DNA of 64,000 nt from Elusimicrobiota bacterium. Lineage in GTDB: Bacteria > Elusimicrobiota > Endomicrobiia > CG1-02-37-114 > XYA2-FULL-39-19. The notes under the pieces are model-generated. The model was not told where the DNA came from. It saw only the letters and a program-made list of their open reading frames with translations, and searched no databases. The position numbers and the translations under genes were made by a program. The stretch covers positions 16,208 through 80,207 of the forward strand of contig JAHIVV010000070.1 in assembly GCA_018816525.1 (NCBI GenBank), in the 5' to 3' direction. Below are positions 9,955-19,569 of the stretch, one piece after another (positions within the stretch are counted from its first letter, which is position 1; each line of letters starts with the position of its first letter).

Positions 9955-10838
9955 TTTTCTTCCTCCTTTAAAAGTTTTTTGATATCCTTTTTAATTTGTT
10001 TTTTTAACTCTTCCAAATCCTTAAATTTTTTCTCGTCCCGAAGTTTATCCGTAAAATAAAACCTTAAAATATCACCGGGCTTAAATGAAGCTTTAAAATT
10101 AATTACGTGAACTTCAAACCTGATTTCATGTTTATCTGTTACTGTCGGGTTATAACCTATATTCGCTGCAGCAGCATGCGGTTTTCCATCAATTAAAACA
10201 TAACCCGCAAAAACACCCATTGGAAGCAGTTTATTGTTCTGTGTTTCAATATTCGCAGTAGGAAACCCCAGTTTTGCACCTATTCCGCCGCCTTTAACTA
10301 TTTTGCCATCTGTCGAATAATGGCCGCAAAGCAACTCATTGGCAAATTTAATATTGCCCCGGGAAATACATTCCCTGATATACGAAGACGATACGATGAT
10401 TTTTTTTCCTGTTTTTCTGTCAGTTACGGCAACCGGCCCTACAGAGATAAGGTTATAGCCATATTTTTTTGCAAGCTTCCCGAGCAGCGGCTTATCGCCT
10501 TGCCTGTCTTTCCCGAACTTAAAATCGTAGCCCGTTATTAATTTGCCCATATTATGTTTTTTTACCAAATACTTTTCAACAAAACTTTCAGCTGACATGT
10601 CTGCGAATTTCTGCGTAAATTCAACTACATCTATTTCGTCAAGTTTAAAGAGTTTTAAGAGTTTAAGTTTCTCATTTATAGGCGTTAACAACATATTTTT
10701 TTTTGTGTGCCTGTCAAAAGTAAGCAAAACTGCCTTAAAACCACTTCTTCTCGCTTCGTCAATCGCAGTTGCAATCAGTTTCCTATGTCCCAGGTGGACA
10801 CCGTCAAAGAAACCGATCGTTATTACTGATTTCTTCAT
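9948..10838 (-). CDS. ribF: Bifunctional riboflavin kinase / FMN adenylyltransferase
   Basis: 296 aa. N-terminal FAD synthetase ([14 protein letters not shown]) and a C-terminal riboflavin kinase domain. Confidence 0.92.
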   Translation of the reverse strand: MKKSVITIGFFDGVHLGHRKLIATAIDEARRSGFKAVLLTFDRHTKKNMLLTPINEKLKLLKLFKLDEIDVVEFTQKFADMSAESFVEKYLVKKHNMGKLITGYDFKFGKDRQGDKPLLGKLAKKYGYNLISVGPVAVTDRKTGKKIIVSSSYIRECISRGNIKFANELLCGHYSTDGKIVKGGGIGAKLGFPTANIETQNNKLLPMGVFAGYVLIDGKPHAAAANIGYNPTVTDKHEIRFEVHVINFKASFKPGDILRFYFTDKLRDEKKFKDLEELKKQIKKDIKKLLKEEEKC

Positions 10839-10839
10839 A

Positions 10840-11823
10840 TCATCTTGCAGCTGCTTTAAGCGAAGGCAGAACTTTCTTTATAACTTCTTGTATCGCGCCT
10901 TTAACTTCAAAACCTGAAGCATGAAAATGCCCGCCGCCGCCATATTTTCTTGCAACAGCATTCACATCAGCTTTATCGAAAGACCTAAGGCTTATCTTAA
11001 CCGATTTTTTTTTACCTAATACTTCGCGGAAAAGCCCGAATACTTTTGTCCCGGCAACCTTGCCAGCGTAATTAATTATTTCTTCGGAATCCATGGGCGA
11101 AGAATTCGTTTTTTTATACATTGTACAGGTAATTTTCATATAAGAAACATTCCCGTCAATTTCCAAAGTGCCCAAAGCGCTTCCCAAAAGTTTCAGGTTA
11201 GCGCCGGTTTTAGCGGCATAAACATTCCGGTAAACCTGAACCGGGTCTACCCCTAGCCTAAATAAATCAGCGGCTGTTTCAAGAGCTTCCGGAGTTGTGT
11301 TTGCCTGCTGGAAACGGCCAGTGTCTGTGATAATTCCGGTATATAAGCAAACTGCTTCTTTTTTTGAAGGAACGTAGGAAGCGCATTTCATAATAAAGTA
11401 AATAAGTTCGCAGCAGGAAGAAACTTTCGGGTCTATCAGAGAACAATCGCTTTTCAGCGTCTTTTTAACAGGTTCCGGGTGATGATCTATATTGACCATT
11501 TTACCAAAATTCACATCATTCACAAAGCTGCCGACTCTGGTAACATCCGGGCATTCCAGCAATACCCCTACGTCATAACTTCTGTTTTTGGTTATTTTGC
11601 TGAGAATCCTCTTTATTCCCGAAAGAAAATTAAATTCTTTGGGAATCGGGTCGGTGCTGATAATGTCAACCTTTTTGCCTTTTTTCCTGAGCCAGGAAGC
11701 TAAAGCCAGCTCCGAGCCGACCGTATCGCCGTCAGGGTGTATATGCCCTGAAATTAAAAATGTCCGGTTGTTTTCAAATATCTTGATTATCTTATCTGCA
11801 ATTACTTTTTTTTCTTCTTGCAT
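10840..11823 (-). CDS. nrnA: DHH-family phosphoesterase (NrnA-like oligoribonuclease/pAp phosphatase)
   Basis: 327 aa. DHH motifs HIHPDGDTVGS ... DHH, and a DHHA1 domain with GGGH. Confidence 0.78.
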   Translation of the reverse strand: MQEEKKVIADKIIKIFENNRTFLISGHIHPDGDTVGSELALASWLRKKGKKVDIISTDPIPKEFNFLSGIKRILSKITKNRSYDVGVLLECPDVTRVGSFVNDVNFGKMVNIDHHPEPVKKTLKSDCSLIDPKVSSCCELIYFIMKCASYVPSKKEAVCLYTGIITDTGRFQQANTTPEALETAADLFRLGVDPVQVYRNVYAAKTGANLKLLGSALGTLEIDGNVSYMKITCTMYKKTNSSPMDSEEIINYAGKVAGTKVFGLFREVLGKKKSVKISLRSFDKADVNAVARKYGGGGHFHASGFEVKGAIQEVIKKVLPSLKAAAR

Positions 11824-12188
11824 TTTTCTTCGGTTTGCGTTTCTCTTTCAATTACGTTTAAGATTTCGTATACTTTGGACGCTTTTTCTACGGTCTCGTC
11901 AAAACCAAACCTTATTTCAGGCACCTTGCGCATTATCACTTCCTCTCCTACGCGCCTGCGGACATATTTTGTCGCATTGGTAAGTATCCTGGTTGAAAGT
12001 TCTTTCTCTTTTTTGTCGCCAAGCACCGAGTAAAACACTTTGGCAAAGGACAAATCATCAGTAAGTTCTACGCCTGCTATAGTTACAAACCCCAAACGGG
12101 GGTCCCTGATTTCTTCCGTTACTATTCTTGAAATTTCTCTCTGTATTAATTTTCCTAATCTGTCTGCGCGTTTATATTGCTGGTTCAT
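11802..12188 (-). CDS. rbfA: Ribosome-binding factor A
   Basis: 128 aa, RbfA KH-like fold (RADRLGKLIQREISRIV…GFVTIAGVELTDDLSFAKVFYSVLG). Confidence 0.9.
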   Translation of the reverse strand: MNQQYKRADRLGKLIQREISRIVTEEIRDPRLGFVTIAGVELTDDLSFAKVFYSVLGDKKEKELSTRILTNATKYVRRRVGEEVIMRKVPEIRFGFDETVEKASKVYEILNVIERETQTEEKCKKKKK

Positions 12189-14245
12189 TCCTGGCTTAAT
12201 TCCTGTTTTACTTTTTCCTGAACATAAAATTCAAAAATGTCGCCCACTTTTATATTGTTGTAATTTTCAAGAAAAACACCGCACTCGTAACCTTTTTCAA
12301 CTTCCTTGACGTCATCCTTGAACCTTTTCAAGGAATTCATGTTGCCGTCCCAAATAATCACGTTATCCCTTAAAACCCTTATTCTTGCAATTCTCTGGGC
12401 TTTTCCGTCGGTTACCATACATCCGGCTACCGTGCCCACTTTGCTGACAACAAATGTTTTTCTAACTTCAGCATGGCCGGCAACAACTTCTTTTATCTTG
12501 GCTTCAAGCAGGCCGGAAAGGGCTTTCTTTATGTCGCTGATAAGCTCATAAATAATCCTATAAATCCTTATATCGATACCTTCTTTTTCTGCAAAGGCTT
12601 CTGCTTTCGGGTCAGGGCGGATATTAAAACCAATAATTATCGCATCCGAAGCAATAGCCAGATTAACATCAGACTCATTTATAGCGCCGACGCCCATGTG
12701 AACAATATTTATTTCTACCGATTCATGAGTTATCCTGGCCAAGGCATCGCGTATGGCCTCGTATGAGCCGTGCACATCAGTTTTTAAAATTATGTTAAGC
12801 TGTTTTATTTTTTTTGTAGCCAGGTCTTCCAGGGTAACTTTTTTCTGAGTGCCGCTCTTGCCCCTTGTAACCATGTTCTGTCTTTTTTCAGCTATCTCCT
12901 TAGCAAGGCGCTCGTCCTTAACAACGACAAATTTATCTCCGGTCTGAGGCAAACTGCTGAAACCCAGTATTTCAACCGGCGTACTAGGGCCTACTTTTTG
13001 AATCCTGCTTCCAAATTCATTTATCATAGCCCTTACTTTTCCGGATGTCATGCCTGAAACAAAAGCGTCCCCAACTGAAAGCGTCCCGCCCTGTACAAGC
13101 ACTGTCGCGATCGGTCCCCGTTGAGGATTCAATTGAGATTCGATGATTATTCCCTGGGCAGGCTTGTTCGGGTTTGCTTTTAACTCCATCAGTTCGGCCT
13201 TAAAAAGAATGGTCTCAATTAGTTTGTCAATATTTATATTATTCCTTGCAGATATTTCTACAGTCATGGTGTCGCCGCCCCAATCATCCGGGACGAGATT
13301 ATGCTGCGCCAACTGCTGCTTAATTATCTGCGGATTTGCTTTTGCCAGGTCTATTTTGTTTACAGCCACAATTATCGGCACGCTGGCTGAACGCGCGTGG
13401 TCAATAGCTTCGATAGTCTGGGGCATTATACCGTCATCTGCAGCTACTACAAGGACCACAATGTCCGTTATTTTTGTACCGTGAGCCCTCATGGCAGTGA
13501 AAGCTTCGTGGCCGGGAGTATCAAGGAAAACTATATCACCTTTCGGGTTATGTACTCTGTAAGCGCCGATATGCTGTGTAATTCCGCCATGTTCTTTTTC
13601 AGTCACTTTTGTTTTGCGTATAGTGTCAAGCAATGTTGTCTTTCCGTGGTCTACATGTCCCATAACCGTAACAATAGGAGCCCTGGGATTTAATTTTGCA
13701 GGATCCTCTTTTACGTCGACTGAATCCTCCGAGTATAACGGAACAAATTCCGTATCATAACCAAATTCGTTTGCCAGGATAGTTGCAATATCCTGGTCAA
13801 GCTTCTGGTTTATTGTAGCCATTATTTTAAGCGACATTAATTTCTTTATTAATTCGGAAGCCGGTTTAGCTATTTTTTCGGCAATTTCTCTTACAGTAGT
13901 GAGTTCGTTAATTTTTATTTTTGGAAGAATGGGTTTGGGCACAGGTTTCACCGGAACAACAACCGGTTTTGGCACAACCGCAACTGGCTGCTCAACAACT
14001 GCCGGTTTTGGTGGAGCCTGTGGTATTTCTTTTTTGACAACTTTTTCAGTTTCTTTTTTTTCTTCTTTCTTTTCCGGAGAGCGTTGTTCAACAGGAGTTG
14101 CTTTTTTTGGCCTGCCGCGTTTTTTAAGAGGTTCAGGCGCAACCGCAGGAACCTTTTTTGCAGGCTTCTTTTCGCTGGGTGCCTTTTTTGGCTCTTTTGG
14201 AAGCTTTTCTTTACTCGTCTTTGTTTTTTTCTTTTCTACTGTCAT
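12185..14245 (-). CDS. infB: Translation initiation factor IF-2
   Basis: K/P/E-rich N-terminal region, G domain (GHVDHGKTTLLD, DTPGH, NKID), C-terminal beta-barrels. Start assigned to the ATG at 14245 (M14), which has an AGAGAAGG RBS. The ORF-track start at 14284 is TTG. Confidence 0.95.
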   Translation of the reverse strand: MTVEKKKTKTSKEKLPKEPKKAPSEKKPAKKVPAVAPEPLKKRGRPKKATPVEQRSPEKKEEKKETEKVVKKEIPQAPPKPAVVEQPVAVVPKPVVVPVKPVPKPILPKIKINELTTVREIAEKIAKPASELIKKLMSLKIMATINQKLDQDIATILANEFGYDTEFVPLYSEDSVDVKEDPAKLNPRAPIVTVMGHVDHGKTTLLDTIRKTKVTEKEHGGITQHIGAYRVHNPKGDIVFLDTPGHEAFTAMRAHGTKITDIVVLVVAADDGIMPQTIEAIDHARSASVPIIVAVNKIDLAKANPQIIKQQLAQHNLVPDDWGGDTMTVEISARNNINIDKLIETILFKAELMELKANPNKPAQGIIIESQLNPQRGPIATVLVQGGTLSVGDAFVSGMTSGKVRAMINEFGSRIQKVGPSTPVEILGFSSLPQTGDKFVVVKDERLAKEIAEKRQNMVTRGKSGTQKKVTLEDLATKKIKQLNIILKTDVHGSYEAIRDALARITHESVEINIVHMGVGAINESDVNLAIASDAIIIGFNIRPDPKAEAFAEKEGIDIRIYRIIYELISDIKKALSGLLEAKIKEVVAGHAEVRKTFVVSKVGTVAGCMVTDGKAQRIARIRVLRDNVIIWDGNMNSLKRFKDDVKEVEKGYECGVFLENYNNIKVGDIFEFYVQEKVKQELSQE

Positions 14246-15560
14246 TTGCCTTCTCTTTTGGTTTGGTATCTTCTTTATTTTCAACTACAGGGGCTTCCTG
14301 TTTTTTTTCAAGAAACTCTTTAGCTGAATCAATTATCTTCTGAGCAGTTTTTTCGCCTACACCCTGCAAGACGGTAAAATCTTCAACTTTTGCTTTTGCT
14401 ATTCTGTCTATCTGGGTCCAGCCTGTCTTTAATAATACATCAGCAAGCTTTTTGCCGACGCCGGGTAATTTGCTCAATTCCTCAACAGTAATGGTCGCTT
14501 TTTCCTGGGCAGCTGCCTTTTTCTGGCTTTCAGAGCGTACATCTATTCTCCAGCCGGTAAGTTTACAGACAAGGTTTACATTTGCGCCTCTTTTGCCTAT
14601 AGCCAAAGAAAGCATATCGTCTTTAACGATTACTTCCGCTTTTTTGTGTTCTTTGTCGGTTACATTGACAAACAGCACTTTGGCCGGAGAAAAAGCCGAT
14701 GCAATAAAAGCCTGAGAGTCGTTGGAATAAAGCACGAGGTCAATTCTTTCACCCCTTAGTTCGTCAATAATCGGTTTCACTCTTGAACCTTTTATTCCCA
14801 CACATGCGCCGACAGGGTCAACTTTCAGGTTGTTTGATTTTACTACTATTTTTGACCGCAACCCCGGTTCCCGGGCTACTGCGACTATCTCAACTACTTT
14901 TTCATATATTTCAGGGACTTCATTTTCAAAAAGCCTTTTTACAAGTTCTGGGCGGTTTCTCGAAAGAAGAATTCTGGGCCCGCGCGGGCTCTTTTCCACG
15001 GCTACAATCATAATCTTCATGTGCTCGCCGACTCTGAATCTTTCGGTCTGGACCTGTTCCCTCACGGGAAGTATGCCTTCGGATTTTCCGATTTCAATAA
15101 TTATGTTATTGTCTACGATTTTATAAACTACTCCGCTTATTATGCTTCCTTCCTTGGCCTTGAATTCATCATACAGGCTGGCGCGTTCCGATTCGCGTAT
15201 TTTTTGGATAATAACCTGTTTGGCTGTCTGGGCGGCAATTCTTGAAAATTCCTGCGTGTCAAGAGGGATCCTGACTTCCTCATCCAGCTTTATATCAGGA
15301 TTAATTTTTTTTGCGTCCGAGAGAGAAATTTCCTGATTTGGGTTCGTTGTCGCAGCTACAACTTTTTTTACAACATTAGCCTTAACGAGGGCAGTTTCCT
15401 GGTCAACGCTTGCTTCGACGTTGACATCCCTGCCTACATGTTTTTTATAAGCGGAAACAAGCGCCCCTTCTATTACTTTGAGAATTTCTTCTTTTTTAAT
15501 GCCTTTTTCTTTTTCTATCTGTTCCAGTACCGGCAACAGTTCACCTTTTGATTCTGACAT
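14211..15560 (-). CDS. nusA: Transcription termination/antitermination factor NusA
   Basis: 449 aa. N-terminal domain, S1, two KH domains and C-terminal HhH repeats. Lys/Glu-rich tail overlaps the infB 5' end. Confidence 0.95.
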   Translation of the reverse strand: MSESKGELLPVLEQIEKEKGIKKEEILKVIEGALVSAYKKHVGRDVNVEASVDQETALVKANVVKKVVAATTNPNQEISLSDAKKINPDIKLDEEVRIPLDTQEFSRIAAQTAKQVIIQKIRESERASLYDEFKAKEGSIISGVVYKIVDNNIIIEIGKSEGILPVREQVQTERFRVGEHMKIMIVAVEKSPRGPRILLSRNRPELVKRLFENEVPEIYEKVVEIVAVAREPGLRSKIVVKSNNLKVDPVGACVGIKGSRVKPIIDELRGERIDLVLYSNDSQAFIASAFSPAKVLFVNVTDKEHKKAEVIVKDDMLSLAIGKRGANVNLVCKLTGWRIDVRSESQKKAAAQEKATITVEELSKLPGVGKKLADVLLKTGWTQIDRIAKAKVEDFTVLQGVGEKTAQKIIDSAKEFLEKKQEAPVVENKEDTKPKEKANDSRKEKNKDE

Positions 15561-15608
15561 GATTGCTCCTAATGTGGATTAATTGGGTTCATATAAGCGA
15601 ATAAAGCA

Positions 15609-15641
15609 TAAAAAAAGTGGCATGCATATCAGCCACTTTTT
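15609..15641 (-). terminator. Intrinsic terminator hairpin (bidirectional form) downstream of proS / in the nusA leader
   Basis: AAAAGTGGC-atgcatatca-GCCACTTTT, with an A-run 5' and a T-run 3'. On the minus strand it reads hairpin + TTTTTTT. Confidence 0.55.
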
Positions 15642-15692
15642 AATATTCAGTGACATTCAGATAAATAATGATACTATATATTTAAAAGAATA

Positions 15693-17417
15693 TCAATAGA
15701 AGCTTGAAGATTTGATTTTAGCCATAATTTCATTGAGTGGTATAAGCTCGGAAGTTTTTCCGGTACGCAATTTAAACTCGATTTTATCGGGCAGGTTGCG
15801 GGCACCTATAGTTATCCTTACAGGAATTCCTATAAGATCGGCATCTTTAAATTTGACCCCGGCGCGCTCATCTCTGTCATCCAAAAGCACCTCATAGCCT
15901 TCATCTGCAAGTTGTTTATATATTTTATCGGTTGCTTCCTTAGTTGCTGCTTCCTTATAATCAATGGGTACCAGGATAACCTGAAACGGGGCTATATTTG
16001 CAGGCCAAATAATGCCGTTTTCATCGTTCATCTGTTCAATGCAGGCGGCTACTATTCTTGAAACACCTATACCATAACAACCCATAATAAACAATTGCTC
16101 TTTGCCCTGGGCATCCAGGAAATTTGCCTTCATTGATTTTGAGTATTTCGTGCCAAGTTTAAAGGTATGTCCTACTTCAATCCCGCGGGAAAAATCGATT
16201 TTTAATTTCTTGCAGCGGGGACAGCTGTCGCCTTTGGCTGCTTTTCTTAAATCGTAGAAACGTTCAGGCTGAAAGTCCCTCTTTAAATTGACATTTTTGA
16301 AATGAAAATCCTTTTTATTTGCCCCCACAACGGAATTAACCATGCATTCTACCGAATAGTCTGCCACAATTTGAAATTTCTCCGCGGCGGAGTTTGAAAT
16401 TGGAAGGTTAACCGGACCAGAAAAACCTACCTGGGCGCCGGTGACTTTTTCTACTGTTGCCGGGTCGGCTAAAAATAATTCAGAACAGCCAATGTGTTCC
16501 TTTACTTTATTTTCGTTTATTTCATAATCACCGCGTATTAAAACCATTACCGGTTTTTTATCTGCCAGATAGATTATACTCTTAATAAAGTTTTGTGGAG
16601 AGGTTTTAAAAAAGCTGGCAACATCATCAATAGTCTTCATATTGGGCGTGTGGACTTCTTCTAGAGAGAATGGGACTGATGACTGGGCTGCATCGTCCGA
16701 TTTTGCGCATTCCGCTTTTTCAAGGTTTGCGGCATATCCGCACTCGCACCAGGCAATCTCTTCTTCACCGGTTTCCGCAAGAACCATAAATTCGTGGGAG
16801 AAACTCCCCCCTATGGCTCCTGATGTTGCTTCAACTGCACGGAATTTAAACCCGCATCTCCTGCAGATTTTATTATAGGCTTCAAAAGCTTCCTGATAAT
16901 ATTTTTCAGCATCCGTTTCGTCCGCATGGAAGGAATACGCATCCTTCATATAAAATTCCCTGGCGCGCATAACTCCGAAACGCGGGCGGATTTCATCCCT
17001 GAATTTCACGCCAAACTGGTAAAACATCGCGGGGAGTTGTTTATAGGAACGAATTTCCTTGCGTACAATATCCGTAATTACTTCTTCGTGCGTAGGCCCT
17101 AAACAAAACTCCGAATCCTTTCTGTCTTTCAAACGAAAAAGCTCCTTGCCATAAATGTTCCACCTGCCGGTTTCTTCCCACAATTCTTTCGGCATAAGCA
17201 AAGGCAGCCAAACTTCTTGTCCGCCGATTGCATTCATCTCCTCGCGGACAATCTGTTCAACTTTTTTTAAAGTTCTCAAACCGATAGGCAGCCATTCGTA
17301 GATACCGCTGGAAAGCTTGCGAATCATTCCTGATCGCAGCATTAATTTGCTTGAAATCGTATCTGCTTCAGATGGAACTTCCCTCAATGTCGGTAAAAAG
17401 AGTTTTGATAGTTTCAT
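15693..17417 (-). CDS. proS: Prolyl-tRNA synthetase (bacterial type, with editing domain)
   Basis: 574 aa. Class II aaRS motifs, an INS editing insertion and a C-terminal anticodon-binding domain. Confidence 0.95.
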   Translation of the reverse strand: MKLSKLFLPTLREVPSEADTISSKLMLRSGMIRKLSSGIYEWLPIGLRTLKKVEQIVREEMNAIGGQEVWLPLLMPKELWEETGRWNIYGKELFRLKDRKDSEFCLGPTHEEVITDIVRKEIRSYKQLPAMFYQFGVKFRDEIRPRFGVMRAREFYMKDAYSFHADETDAEKYYQEAFEAYNKICRRCGFKFRAVEATSGAIGGSFSHEFMVLAETGEEEIAWCECGYAANLEKAECAKSDDAAQSSVPFSLEEVHTPNMKTIDDVASFFKTSPQNFIKSIIYLADKKPVMVLIRGDYEINENKVKEHIGCSELFLADPATVEKVTGAQVGFSGPVNLPISNSAAEKFQIVADYSVECMVNSVVGANKKDFHFKNVNLKRDFQPERFYDLRKAAKGDSCPRCKKLKIDFSRGIEVGHTFKLGTKYSKSMKANFLDAQGKEQLFIMGCYGIGVSRIVAACIEQMNDENGIIWPANIAPFQVILVPIDYKEAATKEATDKIYKQLADEGYEVLLDDRDERAGVKFKDADLIGIPVRITIGARNLPDKIEFKLRTGKTSELIPLNEIMAKIKSSSFY

Positions 17418-17427
17418 TTATTAGTCC

Positions 17428-18489
17428 TCATACTAAATTTTGTAGTTCTTTAATTAGTGTACTTACCCAATTTTCTGGTTTGACTTTTTTTATGGCTTTT
17501 CCATTTTTAAAAAGCAGTCCGGTATTTTTCCCGCCGGCAATACCTATATCAGCGTGTTTTGCTTCGCCGGGCCCGTTGACTTCACAACCCATAATAGCAA
17601 CTTTCAGCGGAGCCCGTCCATTTTTGCAGGGCGGGGATAATTTCGAAAACTCTTTTTCAAAACTTCTAACAACTTTAATAAGATTTATTTTACAGCGGGC
17701 GCAGGTTGGGCAGGATATAAGGTCAATACCGTAATTGCGCAGGTTTAAAGTCTGCAAGATCTGGAAAGCCACTTTGACTTCTTCAACAGGATCCCCCGTA
17801 AGCGAAACCCGGATTGTGTCGCCGATATTTTCGTAAAGCAAAATACCTATCCCCAATGACGATTTAACGGTACCAACCCCCGGAGGGCCTGATTCAGTCA
17901 GGCCTAAATGCAAAGGATAATTTGTTTTTTCGGCAAGCGCCTTATAAGATGCAATTGTAGTGAGAACATCGCTTGATTTTAAGGAGAGCACAATATCCCT
18001 AAAATCCCAATCTTCAAACATTTTTACATAATCAAGCGCAGTTGTTACCATATCATCAGTTAGAACACCGGTAATCCTCTTTACTGAACCTGAATTTATT
18101 CCTATCCTGACGGGAATACCTGCATTTTTGGCTGCAGAAACAACCTGTTTCGTTTTTCCATTTGAACCGATATTGCCCGGGTTTATACGTATTTTATCTG
18201 CACCCTGATTGACAGCCTCAAGAGCAAGTTTATAATCGAAATGGATATCCGCAACCAGGGGAATATTAATATTTTTCTTGATTTTTTTGATAGCCCTTGC
18301 TGATTCAAGATCAGGCACAGCAACGCGCGCTATTTCACACCCTGCTTTTTCCAATCTTTTTATCTGATTCACAGTAGAACGGACATCGCGGGTATCAGTA
18401 TTAGCCATTGATTGCACAGCAACCGGCAGACCGCCGCCGATCGTAACACAGCCTATTTTTACTTTTTTGGTATTTTTATGTTTAAACAT
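17428..18489 (-). CDS. ispG: 4-hydroxy-3-methylbut-2-en-1-yl diphosphate synthase (GcpE)
   Basis: 353 aa. TIM-barrel plus a C-terminal 4Fe-4S domain (CPTCARC…GCEVNGPGE). Confidence 0.95.
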   Translation of the reverse strand: MFKHKNTKKVKIGCVTIGGGLPVAVQSMANTDTRDVRSTVNQIKRLEKAGCEIARVAVPDLESARAIKKIKKNINIPLVADIHFDYKLALEAVNQGADKIRINPGNIGSNGKTKQVVSAAKNAGIPVRIGINSGSVKRITGVLTDDMVTTALDYVKMFEDWDFRDIVLSLKSSDVLTTIASYKALAEKTNYPLHLGLTESGPPGVGTVKSSLGIGILLYENIGDTIRVSLTGDPVEEVKVAFQILQTLNLRNYGIDLISCPTCARCKINLIKVVRSFEKEFSKLSPPCKNGRAPLKVAIMGCEVNGPGEAKHADIGIAGGKNTGLLFKNGKAIKKVKPENWVSTLIKELQNLV

Positions 18490-18507
18490 TTTTCCGTTTG
18501 CTAATAA

Positions 18508-19569
18508 TCAATACCCGAAGAATTTTTTTGTGAATGTAAACAAGCCGATTCTTTCGAAGTCACTGTAAAATGCAAATACCATCAATAAAACGATAATTGT
18601 CAATCCGATATAATTGGTAGTCTCAATAACTTTATTACTCGCGCGTTTTTTGGTTATCAAACCCTCGATGGTAAAAAACATTATATGCCCGCCGTCAAAA
18701 ATCGGAATAGGCAGAAGATTCATCAATCCTACCATTACGGAAATTCTTCCTATTAATATCAACAGGTTTGAAAATCCCACTTTTGCTGTCTGGGCTATAA
18801 CTTGCGCAATACCGATAGGGCCCGAAACCTCGGGCTTTTCCATCTTTGTTATCCTGTCCCACATATAAACAAAAAATACGATATTTATTTCAATTGTATG
18901 AGCGGCTGATATCAGGAATGATTTTGCCATGCCGACCTTTTCTATCTGAACATCGGGCATAATTCCAATAACCCCGACTTTAAAATCCTTATCCATTTGC
19001 GGCGTAATTTCAAAACTCGAAACTTCATTATGCCTGCGGATTTTTATAACAAGTTTCTTTTGCGCCTGTTTATGTATAATCTCCGCGGCGTCCTGCCAAA
19101 GTTTTATTTTCTGTCCGTTTATAGAGATTATCATATCCCCGGATTTAATGCCGGCTTTAGCAGCAGGATATCCTGCTCTTACTTCGCCAATGACCGGCTT
19201 TTCTGTAGGAACTCCTAGTCCCCAAAAGTAAATGGCAATAAAAAAGAATACGAGTGCCAGAACATAATTCATTAAAGGCCCTGAAGCAACAACCAACACC
19301 CTTTTGTACCAGGGTTTTGCAAAAAATTCCCCGGGATCGCCTTTTGACTCATTATCCATTCCTCCGGCAAGTTTTACCATCCCGCCTAAAGGCACCCAGC
19401 ATATTGCGTATCTGGTTTCACCCACAGTCTTCCCAACAATTTCAGGGCCAAAACCAAATGCAAATTTTTCCACTTTCATCCCGACCATTTTTGCGGAAAC
19501 AAAATGCCCTAATTCATGCAGAAAAATTATTATCCCAAACGTAAATATTACCGCCAAAGCGCCTAACAT
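18508..19569 (-). CDS. rseP: RIP zinc metalloprotease RseP (site-2 protease)
   Basis: HELGHF zinc motif, a PDZ domain and the LDG motif. Start set at the ATG at 19569 (MLGALAVIF…), which is preceded by GGGGAGGAG. This overlaps the dxr stop by 7 nt. Confidence 0.9.
   Translation of the reverse strand: MLGALAVIFTFGIIIFLHELGHFVSAKMVGMKVEKFAFGFGPEIVGKTVGETRYAICWVPLGGMVKLAGGMDNESKGDPGEFFAKPWYKRVLVVASGPLMNYVLALVFFFIAIYFWGLGVPTEKPVIGEVRAGYPAAKAGIKSGDMIISINGQKIKLWQDAAEIIHKQAQKKLVIKIRRHNEVSSFEITPQMDKDFKVGVIGIMPDVQIEKVGMAKSFLISAAHTIEINIVFFVYMWDRITKMEKPEVSGPIGIAQVIAQTAKVGFSNLLILIGRISVMVGLMNLLPIPIFDGGHIMFFTIEGLITKKRASNKVIETTNYIGLTIIVLLMVFAFYSDFERIGLFTFTKKFFGY

Noticed and set aside
9948-10917. FMN riboswitch or T-box leaders upstream of ribF / proS
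   Set aside because: The intergenic spacers are 0-10 nt (genes overlap), leaving no room for a structured leader.
13899-14343. Several plus-strand ORFs (142, 79 and 61 aa) rich in F/G/S/L
   Set aside because: They are antisense to the Lys/Pro/Glu-rich low-complexity N-terminus of IF-2 and to nusA. Their repetitive composition is an artefact.
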